Positions 25,383 through 32,000 of a stretch of DNA of 32,000 nt are shown here, piece after piece; within the stretch, counting starts at the first letter, position 1; each line of letters opens with the position of its first letter. The notes under the pieces are model-generated. The model was given only the letters and a program-made list of their open reading frames with translations, was not told where the DNA came from and ran no database searches. Source of the stretch: Candidatus Nanobsidianus stetteri (lineage in GTDB: Archaea; Nanobdellota; Nanobdellia; Nanobdellales; Nanobdellaceae); contig NZ_QEFP02000014.1 of assembly GCF_003086415.1 (NCBI RefSeq), positions 3,496 through 35,495 on the forward strand, given 5' to 3'. The position numbers and the translations under genes are program-made.

Positions 25383-25700
25383 ATGGAAGTACTGAATAAA
25401 AAGATTATAACACCTGCAAATGTTAAAAATATATTATTGAAAAATAAAGAGAAGAGAAATTTATTATATGTGGAGGAAAGAACATTGAAATTCCTTAATG
25501 ATACATATAAATTGGATGAAAATCAGGAAAAAGAAATATTAGAAGAATTAAAGGATATAAATTTACCAGATGAGGTAAAAATACAAATATTAGAATTTTT
25601 GCCAAAAAATGAAGAAGAATTAAGGACAGTATTATATACAAATACTTTAAGCAAAGAAGATATGGAAAAAATATTAAATGTAATAAAGAAATATGGATAG
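25383..25700 (+). CDS. rpoF: DNA-directed RNA polymerase subunit Rpo4 (F)
   Basis: 105 aa and helical, with a pattern like ...LPDEVKIQILEFLPKNEEELRTVLY. It sits in the conserved archaeal L21e-RpoF-DUF655 neighbourhood. Confidence 0.7.
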   Translation: MEVLNKKIITPANVKNILLKNKEKRNLLYVEERTLKFLNDTYKLDENQEKEILEELKDINLPDEVKIQILEFLPKNEEELRTVLYTNTLSKEDMEKILNVIKKYG

Positions 25701-26232
25701 AAAGGAAGAATACGCAATTGTAATATATTATTTACCAGGTGGGGATCCAACAAAAAATATTAAAGAGCCAGTAGTATATGCTGTAGGAAGAGATTATTTT
25801 ACATTATTATTATTAACATTGAAACCTGGTGTTACAGTAAATTTATTTGAAGAATTATATATTGGAAATAAACAAAGGGATAAGGTAAGATCTATATTGA
25901 AAAGATTATCATTTGATGAATTACCAGAAATTGCAAAGGCAAATTTAGAAAAAGCAATAAAGGATTTAATAGTAAAAAATGAGAAAAAATTTGTAGAATT
26001 TTTTAATAAGGCTGGTCCATTAAATATTAGGGTTCATACATTAGAATTATTACCAGATATTGGAAAAGTAACTGTACAAAAAATTATTGAGGAAAGACAG
26101 AAAAAACCATTTGAATCATTTAAGGATATTGAAGAGAGAGTGAAAGGTATTAAAAATATACAAAATATAATTTATGAAAGAATAATTTTAGAATTATCTG
26201 GAAAAGAAAAGATAAAATTATTCACTATCTAA
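25693..26232 (+). CDS. DUF655 (COG1491) putative RNA-binding protein with C-terminal helix-hairpin-helix
   Basis: EEYAIVIYYLPGGDP at the N-terminus and ELLPDIGKVTVQKIIEER (HhH-like) near the C-terminus. It overlaps the rpoF end by 8 nt. Gene order is conserved across archaea. Confidence 0.65.
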   Translation: MDRKEEYAIVIYYLPGGDPTKNIKEPVVYAVGRDYFTLLLLTLKPGVTVNLFEELYIGNKQRDKVRSILKRLSFDELPEIAKANLEKAIKDLIVKNEKKFVEFFNKAGPLNIRVHTLELLPDIGKVTVQKIIEERQKKPFESFKDIEERVKGIKNIQNIIYERIILELSGKEKIKLFTI

Positions 26233-26493
26233 CTTTATATTATTTAACTTTGCTTTTATCTTTAAATATTTTTCATAATTTGTTAATTCAATATTACTTT
26301 TTTCTTTTATATTAATTAATAATAATTGTTTCATAAATTTCTTCCATTTTCTTTTATTCATTGTAACATTTCTTAAATGGGATTTCATTAAATGTCTACT
26401 ATATTTCTTACTATTTACAAATACATGACCACATAATGGGCATTTATATATTTCCCTTCCATTTCTATCAATTTCCCTTATAGCATGCAGCAT
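26218..26493 (-). CDS. Small C2H2 zinc-finger protein
   Basis: YKCPLCGHVFVNSKKYSRHLMKSH is a classical C-x2-C-x12-H-x4-H finger, followed by a basic tail. Confidence 0.55.
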   Translation of the reverse strand: MLHAIREIDRNGREIYKCPLCGHVFVNSKKYSRHLMKSHLRNVTMNKRKWKKFMKQLLLINIKEKSNIELTNYEKYLKIKAKLNNIKLDSE

Positions 26494-26523
26494 TTTTTAT
26501 ATATTTATAATAACCTTTAAAAA

Positions 26524-27198
26524 TTATTTATTTTGAACTAAAAACATTGCATGATCAATATGGTATGGTTCCAATCTTACTTCTTTTATTATCTTTAATC
26601 CATAATCTTCCAATTCCCTTCTTACTTCTCTAAATATTTCCCTTGGATCCTTTGATACATCAATTGATCTTGCCTTTACTGCTAAAAATCCATATCCCTT
26701 ATTCTTTAAATAATATTCAATATTTCTAATAAATATTCTTACCTGATGTGGTTGTGCAACATCTTGATATATTAAATCAACCTTTGTAACAATATGTAAA
26801 TATTCCCATGGTTTATCAGCATCCGCCAATATACCAATAATATTCTTTCTATCATATAATATTGGAACAAGGTCCCTTAATATCCTTGAAGAAACATCTA
26901 TACCAAATATTATCCCATTTTTATCAATTATATCTGATATATGGGATGCTGTTGTACCTGATGCAATACCTAAATATAATATTTTATCACCTTTATTAAT
27001 TGGTACTTCTCCAATATTTTTCTTAATTGCCGCTGCTAATTTAGATCTACTTGTATTCCATTCCCTATATTCTTCATTATTATATTTTACCAATCTTTCT
27101 TCATATACAACTTTTCCAGGTACCAAATTCTTTGTATATAATCTTCCTTTTTCATCAATAAATATATTCTTATTTTCTTTTAATGGTTTTAATTTCAT
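26524..27198 (-). CDS. flpA: Fibrillarin (rRNA/tRNA 2'-O-methyltransferase)
   Basis: ILYLGIASGTTASHISDIID..GIIFGIDVS is the SAM-binding motif. Length is 224 aa. ATGA overlap with nop5. Confidence 0.95.
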   Translation of the reverse strand: MKLKPLKENKNIFIDEKGRLYTKNLVPGKVVYEERLVKYNNEEYREWNTSRSKLAAAIKKNIGEVPINKGDKILYLGIASGTTASHISDIIDKNGIIFGIDVSSRILRDLVPILYDRKNIIGILADADKPWEYLHIVTKVDLIYQDVAQPHQVRIFIRNIEYYLKNKGYGFLAVKARSIDVSKDPREIFREVRRELEDYGLKIIKEVRLEPYHIDHAMFLVQNK

Positions 27199-28178
27199 TT
27201 TTCTGATAATTCTTTAAATCTCTTATCCAATTCTTCCTTCAATTTCTGATATATTATTTTTCTACTTAGATCTGCTTTTACTGCAATAGATATTTTTGAT
27301 GCCAATGTTCTAGCCATTGCTCCCCTTCTTTTTGGAGGTAATTTTTGTAAATATGGATGATTAAATAACACACCATGTTTTGGTGGTTTTATACCTTTAG
27401 ATAAATGTAAAAATAATGCTTTTTCTGCACCCAAAACTTGTATTGTTGATGAAGGTAATAATGATAATTCTTTCAATCCACCAGCTAATAATATTAACCT
27501 TGCACCTATTTTTGGGGTAGCAATTTCTGATAAATTAGGAGCAATTTCCTTCATCAATTTTTCAATATAATCTTCCAAATCTTTTCTTAAATCATATAAT
27601 TCCTTTATTTTTAATGATATTTTATTCATTATTTCCAAATCTTCTTTTTCAAATATTTTTCCACCCATCGTTTTATTAATATTATACTTTTTCATTAATT
27701 CTTCCCTATTTGAATTTATAATTGTTCTTATAAATTTCTCATGATCTTCAATTTCTTGTGAAATTTCTGGAAAATATAATCCATACCATTCCCTAAATCT
27801 TTCCATAAATAAATTCAAAGATTTATTTAAATCATCAAGGAAACTTATTGCCTGTATTATTATTTCATCCCTATTTATAGAATCCGATATTTGTTCTTTC
27901 AATAAATCTATAAACAATTTATTATCAATTTTTTCTTCCCCAATTTTTTCCAATGCCTTTCTTATTATACTTATATCTTCAGTATATTTATATCCATCAA
28001 ACCTTTGTCCAATAAAAATATCATTTTCCTTTATATAATTTTTTACCTTTTCAGGTAATTTATTTTTATATATTTCCTTTAAATCATCTAAATTTAATTC
28101 TAAATCAATTTTCTGAAAATTTTCCAAATTATCATCAAATATATATAATCCATTATATCTTAATAAAATATAACTCAT
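27195..28178 (-). CDS. nop5: Nop5 (Nop56/58) C/D box sRNP core protein
   Basis: The Nop domain is recognisable: IAPNLSEIATPKIGARLILLAGGLKELSLLPSSTIQVLGAEKALF...KHGVLFNHPYL. Confidence 0.9.
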   Translation of the reverse strand: MSYILLRYNGLYIFDDNLENFQKIDLELNLDDLKEIYKNKLPEKVKNYIKENDIFIGQRFDGYKYTEDISIIRKALEKIGEEKIDNKLFIDLLKEQISDSINRDEIIIQAISFLDDLNKSLNLFMERFREWYGLYFPEISQEIEDHEKFIRTIINSNREELMKKYNINKTMGGKIFEKEDLEIMNKISLKIKELYDLRKDLEDYIEKLMKEIAPNLSEIATPKIGARLILLAGGLKELSLLPSSTIQVLGAEKALFLHLSKGIKPPKHGVLFNHPYLQKLPPKRRGAMARTLASKISIAVKADLSRKIIYQKLKEELDKRFKELSEK

Positions 28179-28489
28179 TTTATTATCTTTAATGATATTC
28201 TAAATCCTTTTGATGGAATTTGCATATTTATAAAATAATTTTTGAAAAATCTTTCATCATTTGCAACATCTAAAAATCTTCTATATATTCTTATTTGATA
28301 TGTTTCATATATTTTTGTACCTCTCTTTCCCAATGTTCTCATAGTTGGTACTCTAATTATTTTTGTTGGCAAATTGACAGGACCCCTCTTTTCAATACCT
28401 AATTGTTCAATTATTTTTAATAATTGATTAGTAAACTGATTCATTGTTTTTAAATCTGTTCCCCACATTTTAATCCTTATCATCGACAT
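28175..28489 (-). CDS. rps10: 30S ribosomal protein S10
   Basis: IRIKMWGTDLKTMNQFTNQLLKIIEQLGIEKRGPVNLPTK...YQIRIYRRFLDVANDE matches the S10 pattern (RIkl.s.d...ld......gpiplPtk...e.R.h.R.idi). Confidence 0.85.
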   Translation of the reverse strand: MSMIRIKMWGTDLKTMNQFTNQLLKIIEQLGIEKRGPVNLPTKIIRVPTMRTLGKRGTKIYETYQIRIYRRFLDVANDERFFKNYFINMQIPSKGFRISLKIIK

Positions 28490-28513
28490 AAATTCATAAT
28501 ATATATTATATTT

Positions 28514-30394
28514 TTAAATACTTTCTACAGGTTCAATTTTCAATATATAAAATATTTTATCCAATATTTCTTTCGTTAAATATACTAGGAATAACCTATG
28601 TGGATATTTATCTTTATAATTTAATATTGGAACATTTTGGTAAAATTCATTAAATGATCTAACTAAATCTATTAAATATCTATATAAATGATTTAATTCT
28701 AATGATTTTTCAATATCATAAATTATATCTTTAAACTTAAATAAATTAATAATTAATTTTTCTTCATATTTATTTAATTCATTTATTTCAAATTCTTCAG
28801 GTATTTTATCAACTTTATTTAATAATGATTTTATCCTTGCATATGTATATAAAAAGTATATTGCATTCCCTTCCTCCAAATTTAACATTTTATCAATATC
28901 AAATAATATTGTTGTATTTCTATCATATTTTAACATTTCCAATGATATAAAACTCTTTACTATCCTTTCAGAAGTTTCTTTATCTTTAAATTTATCATAA
29001 GCAATATTATATAATTTTTCATATAAATCATCAACATTTATATACAATCCCTTTCTTCCAGACATCTTTATATCCTCATTTATTCCAAACATTTTTGCAG
29101 TATTTCTATGCAATCTAACCAATCCATATCCATAATATATATATTTAGAATTTCTATCAATTTCCTCAATTACCTTTTTTACCATTAATTGATTATGCAT
29201 TTGTTCCATTCCAATTACATTTATTGAGATTTTACATGGTTCAATCTCCTTTCCTTCATCATTTATTTCATATATATATTCCCCATTTGGTTGTTTTATA
29301 TATTCTTTAAATTTAATATTTGATTTAATTATACCATGTTTCCACATCGCATATGCAATATCCTTTGCAATATATGTAGTAGTTCCATTTGATCTTACAA
29401 GAACTTTTTCTTTATTTGAATATGCTTTATATATATCTTCCCATCTTGTTAAATCTAAAGAAATTGTATCATTCTTTTTTATCATTTTATTTTCTTCCAA
29501 TATTTTTAATGCACTATCAAATAATTTATATTTTAATATATCAGATTCTCTAATTATTATATTAAAATATATATTAAATTTCCACAATGTATTTAATTGT
29601 TCAAATAAAATTCTTTCAGATATTCTTTTAGATAAATAATATACTTCATTATTACCTTCCTCAATCATCTTTATAATATTATATTTATATTTTTCTAATT
29701 CAGGAATTATTTCATACAATTTATTAACTATTACATATACAAAATCTCCGTAATAATGATCAATTTTTTCAGGTATTTCATATCCATATAAACTTTTCAA
29801 TATATTCATTCTTTCCAAAAATATTTTCCTAATTTTTTCCTCATATTCTTCTTTATACAAATTTTCTTTTATTAAAAATTCTTTAATATTATTTATTACC
29901 TTTTCTAAATTGAAATCTTTTGGTTCTTCAGGTATCTTTAAATAATATATTCCAACAATATTATCACCAACCTGTACCCCGGTATCATCTATATAATTTA
30001 TTACATATACATCATAATTTAGTGTTTTAAACAACCTATATAGAGAATCTCCAATTATTGAATTTCTTAAGTGACCTATATGTAATGCTTTATTTGGATT
30101 CGCAGATGTATGTTCTAAAAATATTCTAATATTCTTTTTTTCAAAATCAAACAACTTTTTATAATTTTTCAATAATTTTTCTTTATTTAATTTAATATTT
30201 AAATATCCATTCATAAATTTATAATCCAAAACAAATTCTCTTATTTTTTCAATTATTTCATTTACCAATATATTTGGATCTTTTCCTTTTTTCATTTCTT
30301 TGAATAATTTAATTGATATATCATAATCTAAATTTTTTGGAGGTTCAGAAAATTCTAGATCATAATCTTTTAATTTTTCTTTTATTATCCACAT
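28514..30394 (-). CDS. argS: Arginyl-tRNA synthetase
   Basis: EHTSANPNKALHIGHLRNSIIGD carries the class I HIGH motif in ArgRS context. The protein is 626 aa, and its C-terminal part is consistent with an ArgRS anticodon-binding domain. Confidence 0.9.
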   Translation of the reverse strand: MWIIKEKLKDYDLEFSEPPKNLDYDISIKLFKEMKKGKDPNILVNEIIEKIREFVLDYKFMNGYLNIKLNKEKLLKNYKKLFDFEKKNIRIFLEHTSANPNKALHIGHLRNSIIGDSLYRLFKTLNYDVYVINYIDDTGVQVGDNIVGIYYLKIPEEPKDFNLEKVINNIKEFLIKENLYKEEYEEKIRKIFLERMNILKSLYGYEIPEKIDHYYGDFVYVIVNKLYEIIPELEKYKYNIIKMIEEGNNEVYYLSKRISERILFEQLNTLWKFNIYFNIIIRESDILKYKLFDSALKILEENKMIKKNDTISLDLTRWEDIYKAYSNKEKVLVRSNGTTTYIAKDIAYAMWKHGIIKSNIKFKEYIKQPNGEYIYEINDEGKEIEPCKISINVIGMEQMHNQLMVKKVIEEIDRNSKYIYYGYGLVRLHRNTAKMFGINEDIKMSGRKGLYINVDDLYEKLYNIAYDKFKDKETSERIVKSFISLEMLKYDRNTTILFDIDKMLNLEEGNAIYFLYTYARIKSLLNKVDKIPEEFEINELNKYEEKLIINLFKFKDIIYDIEKSLELNHLYRYLIDLVRSFNEFYQNVPILNYKDKYPHRLFLVYLTKEILDKIFYILKIEPVESI

Positions 30395-30445
30395 AAGATT
30401 GATTTATATAAAAAGTTTAAAAATATGGAAATTGCATAAAAATTT

Positions 30446-30748
30446 ATGGTAAAAAAAGGTCAGTCGTTATCAATTAATACATTAATTATATTAATAATAG
30501 GACTTGTTGTTCTAATAATTATAATATTATTTTTTACAGGTACATTTTCTAAAGGAGTAGTTGGAACAAATAATGTATTAAATCCTGCAATAAATCAGAC
30601 AAATCAGTCAGGTCAGTTAATTAATAATTTACAAAATCAAGTAAGTGGAGGATCTAGTTCATCAAGTACATCTAGTACAAGCAGTAATACTCAATCAACC
30701 ACATCTGGTACAACAATAAAAAATCCTAAAGGACCTACTCCTGAATAA
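30446..30748 (+). CDS. Type IV pilin-like protein with canonical archaeal class III signal peptide
   Basis: MVKKGQSLSINTLIILIIGLVVLIIIILFF has K-G at -2/-1, Q at +1 and a hydrophobic helix. The C-terminus is a Ser/Thr-rich tail (GGSSSSSTSSTSSNTQSTTSGTT). Confidence 0.7.
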   Translation: MVKKGQSLSINTLIILIIGLVVLIIIILFFTGTFSKGVVGTNNVLNPAINQTNQSGQLINNLQNQVSGGSSSSSTSSTSSNTQSTTSGTTIKNPKGPTPE

Positions 30749-30756
30749 TCTATAAG

Positions 30757-30945
30757 ATGAAAAGATCTGACGCCATAAATTTTGTAATCCTTTTAATAAT
30801 TGGGCTTATTGTTTTGGTACTAGTTATAATTTTTGTAGCTCCTCAAACCCTTAATATAATGTCATCTCAACAAAACTTATCAAATACATCAAATAATGTT
30901 TTAAATCAAACATTTAGCAATATATCAAATATATCAAATTTATAA
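30757..30945 (+). CDS. Mini pilin-like protein, 62 aa
   Basis: MKRSDAINFVILLIIGLIVLVLVIIFV is followed by an Asn/Ser/Gln tail containing sequons (NLSNTSNN, NQTFSNISNISN). It starts 8 nt after the preceding pilin-like gene. Confidence 0.65.
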   Translation: MKRSDAINFVILLIIGLIVLVLVIIFVAPQTLNIMSSQQNLSNTSNNVLNQTFSNISNISNL

Positions 30946-30960
30946 TTTTGTTTTCGGTCT

Positions 30961-31031
30961 TGGGCCCGGGGGGACTCGAACCCCCGTCAATGGGTCTGGA
31001 GCCCACCGTCCTGCCACTAGACTACGGGCCC
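30961..31031 (-). tRNA. tRNA-Trp (anticodon CCA)
   Basis: Reverse complement is GGGCCCG TA GTCT-AGTGGCA-GGAC G GTGGG-CTCCAGA-CCCAT TGAC GGGGG-TTCGAGT-CCCCC CGGGCCC A. There is no intron and no encoded CCA. Its first base is also the last base of the aIF1A stop codon. Confidence 0.9.
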
Positions 31032-31336
31032 TAGAATTCTTCCTCAATCTTTAAATATCCTTTCTTTTTTAACCATTCAACTTCCGAATCTGTATATGAA
31101 TATAATATATCTCCCTTTTTATCAGATTGCAATTCCCATGGTTCTACTAATACATATGTACCCTTCTTTAACCATATATTCCTGTGCATTTTCTTATTTT
31201 GTGGTACTCTACATATTCTTGTTTTTCCATCAAAACATCTTACCCTCGCATGTGCCCAACCAACAACCTCTTCAATTATTCCTATAACCTGTCTACCCTT
31301 TGGAACAGGAATTCCCTCTTCTTCGAAAAGAGGCAT
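31031..31336 (-). CDS. eif1a: Translation initiation factor aIF1A
   Basis: GRQVIGIIEEVVGWAHARVRCFDGKTRICRVPQNKKMHRNIWLKKGTYVLVEPWELQSDKKGDILYSY is the S1-like OB fold signature of aIF1A. Confidence 0.9.
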   Translation of the reverse strand: MPLFEEEGIPVPKGRQVIGIIEEVVGWAHARVRCFDGKTRICRVPQNKKMHRNIWLKKGTYVLVEPWELQSDKKGDILYSYTDSEVEWLKKKGYLKIEEEF

Positions 31337-31368
31337 TTAAAAAATATTATAAATTAAACATCAATAGC

Positions 31369-31512
31369 TTACCACTCTTCTTCCCACTCTTCATCCCATT
31401 CTTCTTCTCCTTCATCCCATTCCTCATCCCAATCTTCATCCCAATCTTCACCTTCTTCTGGAGCCATCATTTTCATTTCTTCTACCTTTCTTTTTAAGTC
31501 TTCCCAATCCAT
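31369..31512 (-). CDS. Micro-ORF, 47 aa acidic Trp-repeat peptide (not in the ORF track)
   Basis: Hand translation gives MDWEDLKRKVEEMKMMAPEEGEDWDEDWDEEWDEGEEEWDEEWEEEW. It lies between the NMD3-like gene and aIF1A on the same strand. The mirror plus-strand ORF (31300-31497) is Phe/Pro/Leu junk. Confidence 0.4.
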   Translation of the reverse strand: MDWEDLKRKVEEMKMMAPEEGEDWDEDWDEEWDEGEEEWDEEWEEEW

Positions 31513-31548
31513 ACCCTTTTATTATTATGTAAACTTTTATAAAGTTTT

Positions 31549-32000
31549 TTATGCATCTTCATCATTCCTTAGTAATATTGTTACAATATATTTTTTACTA
31601 CCCTTCTCTTTATCATAACCAAATAATTTTTTACTTAATTTTACTTTTCCATACTTTTTTAATATATTATAATAGCTTTTTACCCTATTTTTTCCAACAT
31701 ATAAATATATATCAATATCCTTTTCATTTATTTCATCCACTTTTTTTATTATATCTTTATTTTTCTTTGCTATTTTTAATATTTCATCTTCAATATTTTC
31801 ATTATATCCCCTTATTTGCAAGATTAAATTTTCTTTTTTACTTAAACCTTTACATCTTGGACAAACAGTATATTCATATTCAAAATTATTTATATCAAAA
31901 TTATTATACCATTTATTATGATACTTTACCCTTCCACAATATTTACATATATATACTTTCTCTCTTTTTTCTTCCTTTTTATTTATTTTAATATAACAAT
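31549..32000 (-). CDS. Zinc-ribbon protein resembling the N-terminal Zn-binding module of NMD3; N-terminus outside the window
   Basis: The reading frame stays open upstream of the track's TTG start, to the window edge: ...ICKYCGRVKYHNKWYNNFDINNFEYEYTVCPRCKGLSKKENLILQIRGYNEN.... The layout C-x2-C-G-x6-W ... C-P-x-C ... L-Q-I-R recalls NMD3 (FCRNCERFLQPPGQW ... CPDC ... VQIRQ). Only about 88 aa follow the QIR motif. Confidence 0.35.
   Translation of the reverse strand, partial: CYIKINKKEEKREKVYICKYCGRVKYHNKWYNNFDINNFEYEYTVCPRCKGLSKKENLILQIRGYNENIEDEILKIAKKNKDIIKKVDEINEKDIDIYLYVGKNRVKSYYNILKKYGKVKLSKKLFGYDKEKGSKKYIVTILLRNDEDA

Noticed and set aside
25523-25753. Track ORF 25523-25753 on the minus strand
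   Set aside because: It is antisense to rpoF and the start of the DUF655 gene, which sit in a conserved neighbourhood.
31380-31450. The 12-nt periodic DNA repeat as a non-coding tandem repeat
   Set aside because: I have not fully rejected this. I kept it as a low-confidence coding call because the periodicity is a multiple of 3. The minus-strand frame is open from an ATG to a stop and fills the gap exactly.
31096-31497. Track ORFs 31096-31287 and 31300-31497 on the plus strand
   Set aside because: The first is antisense to aIF1A. The second is the mirror image of the acidic Trp-repeat ORF and translates to Phe/Pro/Ile/Leu junk. If anything here is coding, the minus strand is the more protein-like.
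31551-31991. Track ORF 31551-31991 on the plus strand (146 aa)
   Set aside because: It is antisense to the Zn-ribbon (NMD3-like) frame, and its translation is pure Leu/Phe/Tyr/His low complexity.

Overview
Extremely AT-rich, tightly packed archaeal DNA. I judged the base composition by eye and did not compute it. Many gene pairs overlap by 4 nt (ATGA), and several convergent genes overlap at their 3' ends. The recognisable genes are archaeal housekeeping genes: AlaRS, ArgRS, DnaG primase, aIF1A, stalk protein P1/L12, L21e, S10, Rpo4/F, Nop5, fibrillarin, TrmY, Taw3 and FBP aldolase/phosphatase. Three GC-rich islands are intron-less tRNAs: Arg-GCG, Leu-UAG and Trp-CCA. The composition, compaction and gene set suggest a reduced thermophilic archaeon of the Nanoarchaeota/DPANN kind; this is inference only. 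The main item is a roughly 12.5 kb island (11.9-24.4 kb, about 40 percent of the window). It encodes 13 proteins with no recognisable enzymatic motif that all look extracytoplasmic. Eleven have a very short polar leader followed by one long Ile/Val/Leu helix, then Asn/Tyr/Ser-rich sequence dense in N-glycosylation sequons. The seven large minus-strand members each have an even number of cysteines. The genes form translationally coupled operons and sit next to a VKOR-type disulfide-generating membrane protein. Two micro-ORFs absent from the ORF track belong to this island, and a related pair of mini pilin-like genes lies at 30.4-30.9 kb; one of that pair has a canonical KKGQ class III signal peptide. 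I read the island as an undescribed pilin-like surface or host-contact apparatus. No assembly ATPase, platform protein or prepilin peptidase is in the window. Secondary items: a tRNA-bounded 2.7 kb islet with a thrice-repeated TATA-plus-palindrome promoter module, a perfect 54-nt direct repeat and a decayed tRNA-Leu 3' fragment; an acidic Trp-repeat micro-ORF beside aIF1A; and tRNA genes that abut coding sequence with TATA-like boxes near -30. All family calls rest on motif recognition by eye; no database search was possible.
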